This document shows positions 54,301 through 64,000 of a DNA stretch of 64,000 bases, piece after piece. The notes beneath the pieces are model-generated. The model was not told where the DNA came from and did no database searches. It saw only the letters and a program-made list of their open reading frames with translations. A program made the translations under genes and the position numbers. Within the stretch, counting starts at the first letter, position 1; each line of letters begins with the position of its first letter. This DNA is from Tubiluchus corallicola (Eukaryota > Animalia > Priapulida), in the NCBI GenBank assembly GCA_030141605.1, contig JAQGDQ010000289.1, positions 62,001 through 126,000 on the forward strand, read 5' to 3'.

Positions 54301-57300
54301 AGTATATATGACTTTCTAAAATAATAAATACAAATAATAGCGACAGTTAAGGAAATTATTTTAATGGCAAACACTGCAAAATAAAAACAACACAAAAATA
54401 ATCACAGCAAACCAAAGCATGCACACATACAAACATTACAAGTTACCAACATGAGAACAGCTTTAGTAACGTTAACGAAATTACAAGAGAAAAGGCTGCA
54501 CTCTTCACCTTAATTTTGAATGTCATCGTATTTCCAACAGTTTCAGGATCCTTCCAATCAAAGAAGACACAACAGTTGGATGCAGAAAGATACTTTCCTA
54601 CAAGGAAAATGGCATTCCCTTAATTCTACAATACTTTTTCCAGAATATTTAAATGCAGGATATCCTACGGCAGCATGCCAGAACAATCAGTTGCAGAAAA
54701 CAGCTAGCAGGTCAGCTAAAACTTTATTGAATCCATTCCAAGAATGGAGCCCAAATGATCAGTCTTGTTATGTGTAGTCGTTGTCATTATGAACTCAATC
54801 AAAAATTGCTGTACAAACCCTCTATCTTGTTGACCATTGGGCAGAAACGTGTTAAGCTATTTATGATAGATTCTTGTTAATTATATGAAAAATAATTACT
54901 CGTGTAGCTTCAAAAATAAAGCAAATACATACTCTTTATAAAAAACTGTTCCAACAATGTATAAAAATGGGAGATATAATCTTACAACTTATTAACTGCC
55001 TGCTAAAAAGTTTTTAACAGATAACTAGTTAACAAGACAGTGATGCTCCAAACCAGCTTTTAAACAGTTCTCACTGCTCTACATACCTGTCACTAACTCA
55101 AAAAATGACGACTTTCTATTTTGAGCTGCTAAGGTTTGAAGATGGTTTGCTGCCATGATAACAATGCTTGATGCAGCAATCACTGTAATCAGCACTATTC
55201 CACCTAAAAATTATTATTTATACAGTCTGTTATTAATTAAACACATGCATTTGACTAAAAACAGTTTTAAATAAAAATAAAGATGCAAAGTTTCCTTCAT
55301 TATTTATGGGTCTTTAGGTTGCTGTACATAAAAATGCTTTAAAGGTCATGCAAGTGAGTATAGGCTCATTCTGGTTTAAAAGTAAAAATCCAGTTAGGCA
55401 ATTTGGAACACTGAATATAGCTGCTAATACTTCTGTGGAACAAAGTGAACAAAGAGAGTACAATAAAAGCAAAATTTCACATGTGACTAAACAACTTCTG
55501 TAAGTTAAATTTACATTTTTTGATATCACCCAACAATCTCTGAGGCTCTGAAAAGACATCATAATCAGCCATTTTGTCATAAACTAATTATTAACCTCTG
55601 TACCCGTAAAACGATACCAGCTAAATGCTCCATGCTGCAACTTACAATGTAGAACAGTTGCTAAGAAACTAAAAATTCTCAAAATCCCTTAGTAGGAAAG
55701 CTAATAGAAAAGGAAATTATTAACCGCTTAAGGTATTACCTACTACAGGCCAACAGTAGATGACGACTATGTCCAAGTACCCAGACAATCTGGACATAAA
55801 TGTTAAAATGCTCAGAAGAAGATCAACAACAACTTTGGTACACAGTATTATCATGTTCAGCAATGTTCATTTCTTTCATAGACTAAAATCTTTTCAATGC
55901 GTAACCAAGTTGCTCTGAACACGATATCGAATCTTAATCCACACCAAACCAATATCTTCTTACATGTTATACACAGCAAATGTGGCATTCTAATGGTGTG
56001 ATGTATGCAGACGACGCTAACACATGTTCAGTGAGAAACACTGCTTTCTGTATTTCAGCAGGAAGGACTTCCATAAACACACAAATCAGCTGCTTAGAAA
56101 AGGAGGAGTTCAGAACTAAATAGTGTATAAACATGCAAGTGGACATATGAGATTGTATAAATTGTTGCAAGAAAAAGACAAGCCTTAGAATAGTAGAAAC
56201 ATGAGTTACGTAGTGGTTACCATACATCTGGAATGCGTTATACGTTATCCATCTGCCCAATAGTTGCCGAACAAAAAATCAATATAAATAGCTGTAGAAA
56301 AAATAACGTATAACGCAGGTCTGATAATCATTGAAGTAGTTAAAGTGTTATCCACGTTAAATAAAGAATTATTAATAATAATAATTGAGAACAATATAAA
56401 CCGATTTTATTTATTCCGCATCCGCATAACGCATATGCATTCCCAATGTCCGGTAAACGTCACTTTAGAATTTAGATATGAGAATCAATCAATCTCAAAA
56501 AAGAAATTACTGTAGAGTTAAACATTTTCCTAACCAGTCATTACGGTGTGAAAAAAACGTCAGTATACGAGCGGCCGATTAAAGTTCCTAACTCAAGCCT
56601 CCATTCCCCTTACAGTTACTTATTTGTAATTTTTAAGCCATTGACGCCGAAAATAGTAACTGCAGATTTTCATGTTTTTGAAAAGTGAAACACGATTAAG
56701 CAAATTAGAAACCAGTATTTCGTATTTTAACACACAAGTAGTTAAGTGGAGAATGGCACTCAAAACAAGAACTAGCAACCCAGTAGAAGTAATAGGCTGA
56801 AGCAGAAGTCTGCAGAAATACTAAACATCTAATATTGCGCTGTTACAACTCAATGCTTACGTTCAGGTAAAAAAACGAAACCATCTTCTATCTCGAAAAA
56901 ACTACCAATATGGCACCACGCATTAGAATACAGTAGCCTATAAAAGATGATTGGATGATAAAAGATCAAAATTTAAATGTCTCCTGGGTCTCTTATAGAT
57001 ATCTCCCCCTAATCAGTAAAACTTTCATAATGCACCCGTCCTTACTCTACCCGATCAACTGGGTAGTCAAGGAGTCAGGCAAAATTAATTATAGCATAAA
57101 TACCGGATGTAACGATAATTCTTCTTCCTGTTCACTCTACAGTGACTTCACTGCTTTCTCTGTCGCAAGAATCGGGACGTGAAATGTCACGGGGCGATAC
57201 ATTATTAACGTTTTCTACAATCGCTAAGATCAAAGAGAGCGGTCGCTGGTTTCGAATTCAGCAGCACAGTCAGCTCAGATCAGCATCCCGATGAAATCAA

Positions 57301-60300
57301 TTTAACTACTGTAACCTGTAATTAAAGTCCTAATCGAGAAGTTTAGATTGGCAAAGTCTGGCAGGCGCCTGACACGTGAAAAGGTTATCAGCAAAACACA
57401 TTTTGCCAGATTAGAAAAATTCATTAGTCGTAAGTACAGTGACAAAGTTTCTGGACATACAGTTTCAATGTGGATCAGCATAATAATGTGCCAGTGGACC
57501 ACCAAATTGCGGTCGATCTTGTGGGTCTGCATTCTCACACACCTGTAATCCGTTTTTGCTAAAAGTTTTTGTTTTTTGCATTATTTCTATCTTTGAGCGA
57601 AATGTTATGCAAAATCTATATTTGTTAACTTCTACGGTCATTAACTTCTCTCGCTCTAGCATTTTCTCCTCCCTCCCTTTATCTACCCTTTTTTCGTTCA
57701 CTTCCACTAGCACTTTCCTCTTCCTTCTCCTCAATCTTTTTCCTTCAAGTCCTGTTTTCCTGTTTCCTCCCTCCCCCCCTCTCTCTCTCTTGTCTCTCGT
57801 TTGTCTCTCTTCGAAGGTCTCGTCTCTTCGAAGAGCTATCAAACTTCACTAGTTGATTTCCATGATGGTTAAAAGCCTGAAGCCAGGACACTTAATGCAA
57901 GAGACAAAATCCACAGTCCACGTACACACTATGGCACATGAAATTGTCCCAATGTGAAATATGAAGCCAAGTTTTAGCGGAAACTGCGCTTATCTTCGTT
58001 GAGTGGTAAACAGTGGAATAAAATTATGTAACTTCCCGCAATTTGTAACTAATCTTACCCAAGCTACAAAGCTTACTTCTGTGCTATTCTATCCTTCAGC
58101 ACTAACACGGAAAACCAATACATATGTGACGACTGATCACTATAACAACTTACAGGACCAAATAAATGTGCTTCTTTGAAATAGCTTTGAGTTTCTGAAT
58201 GCCTGCTAAATCGACGGCACAAAACCTCTAGTTTTTTTCACGTAGTAATCCTTGCACAGGCAATTGTTGTAAATTTGAGACGATGCATAAGGTAGCTCGA
58301 ACGGTCACAAATCATAAAAAGAGCGTCTAAAACAATGATTAGGTGATTCATACCAAATCGTAACAGTCTGTCAGACTGACATCGCAATAAATAATAGTCT
58401 TTTATAGACCGTCCACATGGTCAATTCAATTTTAATTTATTTATCTCTTTATAATACTGCAATAAAACATTATTAATAACAGAATCACTAATAAGTTTTG
58501 AAGAATGGTTAAAATGAATAGATAGATCTAGAACTAAAGAAAGGATAGCTAATAGACCATAAAGTCACCTAGTCTGCTATCCTTTACTGAATACAGATAA
58601 AATAATTGCTAGACACTGGTGGGCATTAATGTTGTCAGTTTAGTTTAGGAAACATGATTAATTTTTAAAATTATGACATTTGCTATATAATTAAATAATC
58701 CAGAGTAAAGAAAATACATCTATTATAAATTAGTGGGCAACAGAATAGGGTCAATCTTGCATAAACTAAAAACAGCATTTTGATTTTGAGTGAAAGACAG
58801 GTCAAATTTGTTATGTAATAATAACAATTTGGCTTAATAATACAGTTAATCAACAATATGAATTAAATACATTTTGATTTGGGTTCAACTTCATCATTCC
58901 TAGGCTTATTGAGTAACAATAAATCTACTGACTTGGACAATAATACTACATAAAATAATTTTTAATATGCTGATAAGACAAACATTTAGCTATATAACTT
59001 TTTTTAATAATTTTATAAAGGACAGGTAATACTTGTGCAATCTGTTAACAACACCTGAAGCTTTACTCATAAAATAGTATGGCGGTATGACTTTAATAAT
59101 TTAATAATTGCTCTGTAAAGAAGAGAAAAAAGACAGAGTATTTCCTGATATTTATGATAATATCTGTAATGGCCAGTGGATTAACTAATTTATAGTGTCA
59201 TAAGCAACAGCATTCAATGTATGAAGTTTCAGCTCGTTATTCAATAATTGAAAAAAAAATTAATTACAGATTCATGCCATGCTGTAGTATTTTCAGTTTT
59301 ACGAATATTAATGTAGTTAAGATTATGAAGTTAGGTAAAGAAAATAGAATATACTTGAGTAAAAGCTTAACATTAATCAGAGTAAGTTAATAGCAATTGC
59401 TTTCCAAGTTTAGAGATCAAGATATAGATACTGTTAGAATCTTTAATATTACTGTTCAAACAATTCCAGAACTTAACAGCTCTATATTTGATAGTACTTA
59501 ATCCATGAGTGGCACAGAATCTGGGTGTAATATATAGACCACAAGTGGCAGATCTAATTTCATAGTTATGGATTTCAGATATGGGAGTAAAATAGTTAAA
59601 GAATAGTTTAGGATACATGAATATGGCTAGCTGTAATTGGTAAATTTCATTAAGTTTTAACAGTTTAAGTTTTGCATAAGAGGGTGTAGCATGAGCACGA
59701 TATGGGCTAAATGTAAGATAAGGCAATGAAAGATTTTCACACTATCTTATTCTGGACTGTAGTGAGTGGTTTTAGGACAGCTGTTTTTGCAGTACCAAAG
59801 CACAGGATACAATGTACACAAGCACAGGATATGTAAGTGAGCAGTAAAGCATTCGTAAGAAGAAGGTGTCTAAGAAATATTGCACTTAAGCAAAAAGATC
59901 AATGAGCCTGATTAAGTTTATAAGTAACTGATTTAATTTGAGTTTTCCATGACTTGTCATTCTCGAGTTTGTCAGTGTTAAAGGGCTGTGTGGACGCCGA
60001 GAATGACAGTGAAATTCGTATGTCATTTAAATTTGATAATATCAAACTGGTCTACATTTTCGTCAGTGTTGGTCGTCACTTTAGGAATGAACAGCCAATA
60101 ACAATTTTACCTTTTTGATCTCACAGAATGCTAATGTTTGTCATTTAAGCAGTTATGTAAAATTTGTAATGTATAAGTTAATGTGTATTTAATGTGTGTT
60201 AGGTCGCGTTTCCACTGCATCCGCACAGACGCATACAGACACGGATTTATTCAGTATGACTCACACGGAAAAGTAATAGTGCGCCCTTGCAAATTATTGT

Positions 60301-63300
60301 TTCACGCCCTTGTTGTATCCACTTTGTCTGCACGGAAAGCCATGTACTCGCACGGAACCGCACTTCAATTGCTCAACCATTTTTTCTGCAGCCGGACAAA
60401 TTCATTTTCATCATGGAGAACGAACAAATCGCACTGGCTGTAGAGGTTAGACCTGGTTTGTACAACAAAAGCAATCCCAAATGCAGCCACAGAGATTTTA
60501 CAAGGTAGAATATATCTAATTTTCGTTATAACGTTAACGTTTCCGTAAATTTAAGTCTGATTTTGTGATGATTCTACCCAAACATGTTCAACAACCACCG
60601 AATTTAAGGTACTACAGACAGAAATTAAGAATATGAGATATGAATACAGCTGACAAGAATTCCCATAACTAACTTGTTACTTCTATTAGTTCCTATTCTT
60701 ATTTGGTTAATGTGCTGCAAACAGTTACACTAACTGCAAAAACAAAAAATCATGCAGATGCAGCAGCAGCTTCAGAAACAGTGTTTTCATAAAATGATAC
60801 ACATAGTGTTCTCCTTGTAATGAAAATTCCCGACTGGTACACCAAAATGCTACACAGATATAATACGTCGTCATTGCACAGAAGATTCAAAATTGTTTAG
60901 TACAGAACAATCTGTCAGCACCAAGTTGGTAATTAACATCATCATTGAAGTGCACAAAACCAACACTAATTGTTGCATTTCAGTTTTTTGTATGCCACAT
61001 AAAGTTACCCCATTTTAGAAGGTATAAGAACGATCATGTCGCTTGCATAACTTGAAAACCAGCACAAATGACACAGAACTGTTTGCATGTTACAGTTGCC
61101 AATGCAGCTACTATTCATTAACACGAAGGCAAGTAGGAAAACAAAAATCATCACCAGCGTAATACAATTACACATACGTATATTTACATTCGCCCATGGG
61201 AGCCATAGATCAATATAATTACTGCAAATATAAAACATGTGCCAGGCTGGTTCAATTCAGTAATCAAATAATTTTACCAGAAAATGAAGGAAAAGATATC
61301 TTTATGTAACTGTGTTAGCACAGATGCCAGCACTACTACATAGACGAAATAAAATAATTAAGCATGCAGAATAAATGGTGGGCTGATGTGGGACAAATGA
61401 CAAAAATAAAATTAGCAAACCAAGTCAATCCAACACACGCACTGACACCATGTGCAGTCCAACACAAGTGGGATTCAGTGTGGTTGTTACCTACACTGAA
61501 GAAATGCGAGAAAGGGTGACATGAGAATGTACTGATTCAGAATCAGTCTGACCAAAGCCAATGCACAGATGTGAGTACCACACCTCTGGCATTGCCAAAA
61601 ACTGGCTGACTTAGACGTGGTTTGTGACACTTCACCAGCTTCTATCGACAAAAGTATATGTTGACAAGAATTGAATGCAATATTATGCAAAACTAAGTGT
61701 AACTCATTGGTATAACTAGGACATGTCAAAATCGCGAACTTGTACCAATGTCTATATGCTAACCATTCATGAAGGTAATACAGTCACTAGAACTCACAGT
61801 AATGCAGCAGGGAGTAAACGTTTGGTTTGGAAGGTAGTATTAAGAAAGTTCTTATTCACAAGTTCTTAAAACAGTCCTTAGCAGAATCTAAGGAAACACA
61901 TGAACCTAATTCAACCTATCAACAGCTAGTTGAACAGGGCAGCCCTTGTTCACAAATAATGTTTTTACTAACCTAGCCCCCATGTCAGATGATCTTCATC
62001 ATCGAGTAACAGTGATGGATCCTTTTCTAACACCCACTCGCTGTTTTGACTATGCCTTAACTTTTTTAGAGCGGTGAGCCAGCGGGCATGATCTTCTGGC
62101 TGAACAGCAACACGTTCAGCTACTGAACTCGAGTCCAATTCGTGTAGTTCAGCCAATGACGACACTCCAAGTGATCTGAGTCTGCAAGAACAAACGACAT
62201 CCAGGTTATTCAATTCTAGAACCAATTATTAGTTGGCTAACTAACAAATTTATAAGTAAAAACGTCCAGTTAAGCTAGCTGAAAAGAACAGTTCAGCCCA
62301 CTTCAACCTGGATTACAATAGTTTTGACTAGTTTTACTTGTACTCAACATCAATGTTGTGGCCGCAGTGAAGCCTGGCTGGATCTTTCGTTCTCAAGGTT
62401 ACGTCGCTAAGATAAGCCACTATACCAACACAACCTGTCCCAGCCACATTTGGAAGTACATACATCGCCCGTCATGAGGTGAACAGGCAGACTCAGTATG
62501 GCGAGTACAATCATCTAGATTGAGCTCGACCATTGATCAGCCTTGGGTTTACTTAACTTCGGTCACAAAGTACATACACATGACCACTCGGCTATTCAGT
62601 GCAGGTAGTTTTTGCATGGGCTAGATGTCTGCACCTAGCCACCTAAATATTAGGTGGTTTTATAATGTCCACAAAATGAATGCAATTTTCTTTCTAATAA
62701 TTAGTAAAAATTAAACTTTCTCCAAGGATCAATTTAGAAAGCCTTTACAAACAGTTGGCTGTAATATAGCACAGCTAATATAAATGCTAAACAACGCAAC
62801 ACTGAAGCAATTACAACAAAACGACTTAAGTGAAATAATCCCAAAAGAAATGCTGCATCAGCATTATTTGACAATCAATTTAAACAGCCTTAGCATAGCT
62901 AGGTTGATTAACCTAGTAAAGCTATGTACTTTTAATGTGTAAGTCAAAGCAGATATGCTAACTATACTTGTAGTTGAACTCAAACTCGGTATTCCATGTG
63001 AGTGAGTGTTATCAATTTAATAGCCTCAATCTCAAAAATTCAAGCACACAACTCATCACAACAGTATACCATCCAGGAGGTTAGGCCTACAATTTCAACA
63101 TACTATAACCTATCTTCACTTCATCATTCTTGAAATTACTCATTGAGCAAACCAACATTTGTGCAAAATTTTTTAGATATATGCAAAAATCGATAGTTAT
63201 TCTTTTCAGCTATTCCACAACTGCTCCTATAATGAATCCAAGTTCCTTGTTCTTCTAACAAAAGCACACCTCTATTTTTATGCCTGGTAAACTCATCATT

Positions 63301-63744
63301 CACTATATAAGAACAAGTATAGCTAGACAGCTAGAAATTTTTGTTTTCAGGTTTTCCTAGTCTTTGCTAGACAACATTTTGGTTCAAAAATTAATGTACC
63401 AAACTGAATATAGACTGCATTCTTGTTATAAAATAAACGACAAAATATGGGAGAGTTAGTGTTTACTAAATGAGATTGAATTCTTGTTATAAAATAAACG
63501 ACAAAATATGGGAAAGTTGGAATTTATTAAATGAGATTGAAAAACAATCTCAGACAGTTAAGAAATTCTGGCTTAATATACCTTTGGTGTCCAGCAAGCA
63601 AGTTGTTCTCCTTCAACCACTGCCTTAGCAGCAAGTCGTTTTGCAAGTTGCCTATGGCTGCTAACAGATGATGTTGCAGATCCTCTGACAATGAAGCCAG
63701 ATCAGAAGCAGTCACCTCCAGAAGATCCCATGTGTCTTTCACTC
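35090..63744 (-). CDS. AREL1: Apoptosis-resistant E3 ubiquitin ligase 1 ortholog (TM + filamin repeat + HECT); 5' end lies beyond the window
   Basis: Phase-consistent exons 5'->3': 63744-63582, 62181-61973, 61641-61491, (61221-61009), 55789-55740, 55203-55087 (GGIVLITV.. TM), 54597-54509 (GKYLSASNCCVFFDWKDP), 54064-53984, 53749-53593 (filamin GTYKISIMVGAQHVKGSPF), 52434-52265, 51072-50904, 49212-49079 (KPKKVFLYISPK), 48620-48543 (QITVKEFILKIIPKRLYTFRLCPSTK), 47236-47092, 45926-45805 (GGSETFKDKQNFF), 45185-45110, 39674-39565 (GLDWGGLRREWF), 39164-38985, 38390-38265, 37262-37074, 36008-35922, 35604-35429 (LLQFTTG..LPTAHTC), 35192-35090 (FNQLCLPDY..GSEGFGMA*). Catalytic Cys sits in HTCFN. Exons upstream of 55789 are less certain. 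Confidence 0.93.
36075..36926 (+). mobile_element. Non-autonomous Tigger/pogo (Tc1-mariner superfamily) element in an AREL1 intron
   Basis: TIRs cagtaggcgctgcttaatagcctcac and (reverse complement) cagtaggtgtcgcgtaatagactcac; TA follows the right end. Internal decayed CENP-B-like HTH LTVKEKLKILEQL..KRQSTG*DCEVQSAL..WFTNVR. Confidence 0.82.
41461..41794 (+). other. Probable 5'-UTR intron of the nested HSDL1 gene
   Basis: Donor ACT|gtgagt at 41461; branch-like tactaa and ttgacag acceptor ending at 41794, 34 nt before the ATG. Confidence 0.55.
41829..42833 (+). CDS. HSDL1: Hydroxysteroid dehydrogenase-like protein 1 (17beta-HSD12/KAR-family SDR), intronless CDS nested antisense in an AREL1 intron
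   Basis: 334-aa ORF with an N-terminal TM, YGEWAVVTGCTSGIG, NNVG, YSATK, VQTLVPFYIAT and RTTGYWAH. HSDL1-like segments include FSEGRPVY, YPMYYNEVTEEKIWDLINVNVAAA and PEWL. It lies inside intron 39675-45109 of AREL1. Confidence 0.9.
   Translation: MHLCGHFKWVLENWNSNFVSCQGALVFIGTLYAAYLALRVLYALYSFIKIHIYSRLSPVNLHCYGEWAVVTGCTSGIGKQFTEELASQGFNLVLLSRPGKVESLAEHVAEKHKVKVIPIPVNFSEGRPVYHKIREQIIGLQIGLLVNNVGVMYDYPMYYNEVTEEKIWDLINVNVAAATMMSHMIIPNMMLRRKGAIVNVASAAAFHPAPLMGVYSATKAYVDFLSRSLREEYRNKEIVVQTLVPFYIATNMTSYAESIAKPSLFVPSAELYVQHALKTLGYASRTTGYWAHTIQGWSCMLLPEWLFMRVVLNFNSELRRQAEKKVQESSAAGN
44183..44580 (+). pseudogene. Decayed partial duplicate of the HSDL1 3' CDS and the start of its 3' UTR
   Basis: Starts with ggagtttattcagccactaaagcttac, identical to the YSATK-coding segment near 42465. 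It then stays colinear but diverged (aaatatgaccag, aaaccaagt, cactgaagacatt, agagttgtatt, aagctgagaaa) with indels and a stop. Confidence 0.9.
46570..46683. repeat. Two-copy ~57-bp tandem duplication
   Basis: aaggcagaaattttgcaatttgtgtaaaaatataaatgaacctcacaatgcattta repeated with substitutions. Confidence 0.85.
48322..48438. repeat. Near-perfect inverted repeat (fold-back) flanked by (TA)n
   Basis: gtacatttactttttatgtactgaaataaacgtaaa pairs exactly with tttacgtttatttcagtacataaaaagtaaatgtac; inner (aat)n/(att)n arms extend it. Confidence 0.92.
49803..50278. mobile_element. hAT-type MITE with 8-bp TSD and an internal 15-bp minisatellite
   Basis: cctaaacc at 49795-49802 and again at 50279-50286; ends cagcggcggat / atccgctacag; subterminal gggccttaggctt at both ends; tgtgtaaactt(g/a)aat tandem units at ~50020-50110. 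Confidence 0.88.
58420..59970 (-). mobile_element. 5'-truncated L2/Crack-like LINE (ORF2 C-terminus, long 3' UTR, terminal stem-loop)
   Basis: LENDKSWKTQIK (~59950), ORF 59373-59726 HATPSYAKLKLLKLNEIYQLQLAIFMY..HNYEIRS..IKYRAVKFWN; stem aaggatagc/gctatcctt at 58541-58584, then aataaa and (aattg) tail. Confidence 0.8.
60202..60540 (+). mobile_element. PIF/Harbinger transposon end with truncated MADF/Myb-like ORF
   Basis: TTA followed by ggtcgcgtttccactgca (Harbinger-type TIR). ATG at 60413 gives MENEQIALAVEVRPGLYNKSNPKCSHRDFTR*, matching the MADF start pattern LI..V..RP.LYD...P.Y..R. Confidence 0.65.
62375..62603 (-). mobile_element. SINE with tRNA-like A box followed by a 5S-like segment (copy 3)
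   Basis: Minus strand gcactgaatagccgagtggtcatgtgtatgtactttgtgaccgaagttaag.. aligns with copy 2 (gcacagatatgatcacgtgtgtgtacttaacgacgaaagttaag). Confidence 0.55.
63420..63541. repeat. Two-copy ~61-bp tandem duplication
   Basis: ttcttgttataaaataaacgacaaaatatggga..taaatgagattgaa occurs twice in tandem. Confidence 0.9.
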
Positions 63745-64000
63745 CTAAAAGCAGTACAGCATTGAAAGAGGTGGTGCGTGCATTAAGTGGGCGTTTAGCA
63801 GAACAAAATCTTAAGACTTGGAATTTAGTTTAATGAGTAAGACACTCCTGTTTTAGAATGAAAACAGAAACTAATCCAAAAAGGAAAAATGAGCAAATAC
63901 TAAGCCGCCTACTTCAATCGCCAATTAGTTTACAGAAGAAGTGATGATGAAACCAAGAAAATAGAATAGAAAAACACCACAACAAGTTCAGCAACGATAG

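Noticed and set aside
56620-56885. Possible internal first exon (MVSFFYLN|gtaagc) or extra hydrophobic exon for AREL1
   Set aside because: The donor is phase 0 and incompatible with the downstream exons; the hydrophobic stretch has no convincing in-phase donor.
57465-57852. Overlapping charged and hydrophobic ORFs
   Set aside because: Arise from a pyrimidine-rich low-complexity tract; no recognisable domain or splice support.

Overview
AT-rich, intron-rich genomic DNA of an invertebrate animal, probably a lophotrochozoan given the 4-exon myohemerythrin-type genes (taxon is inference). Manual splicing with GT-AG sites and phase checks gives five genes: (1) the first three coding exons of a RERG/RERGL-like small GTPase on the - strand, running off the left edge, with degenerate G2/G3 motifs; (2,3) two tandem 4-exon hemerythrin genes on the + strand (120 and 122 aa, about 75% identical, all seven di-iron ligands intact); (4) a HECT E3 ligase orthologous to AREL1/KIAA0317 on the - strand, with at least 22-23 exons from beyond 63744 down to 35090 and an extra N-terminal SAM-like and Cys-rich multi-TM region; (5) an HSDL1-type SDR with an intronless CDS and an intact catalytic Tyr, nested antisense in an AREL1 intron and followed by a decayed partial copy of itself. 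The rest is introns and intergenic DNA with CR1/L2-type LINE remnants, a Tigger remnant, a hAT MITE with an 8-bp TSD, a Harbinger fragment, Helentron-like tandem-repeat elements, a candidate tRNA/5S chimeric SINE family and many microsatellites. Most listed ORFs are spurious. I found no CRISPR, rRNA or intact tRNA genes. All calls were made by eye with no database searches.
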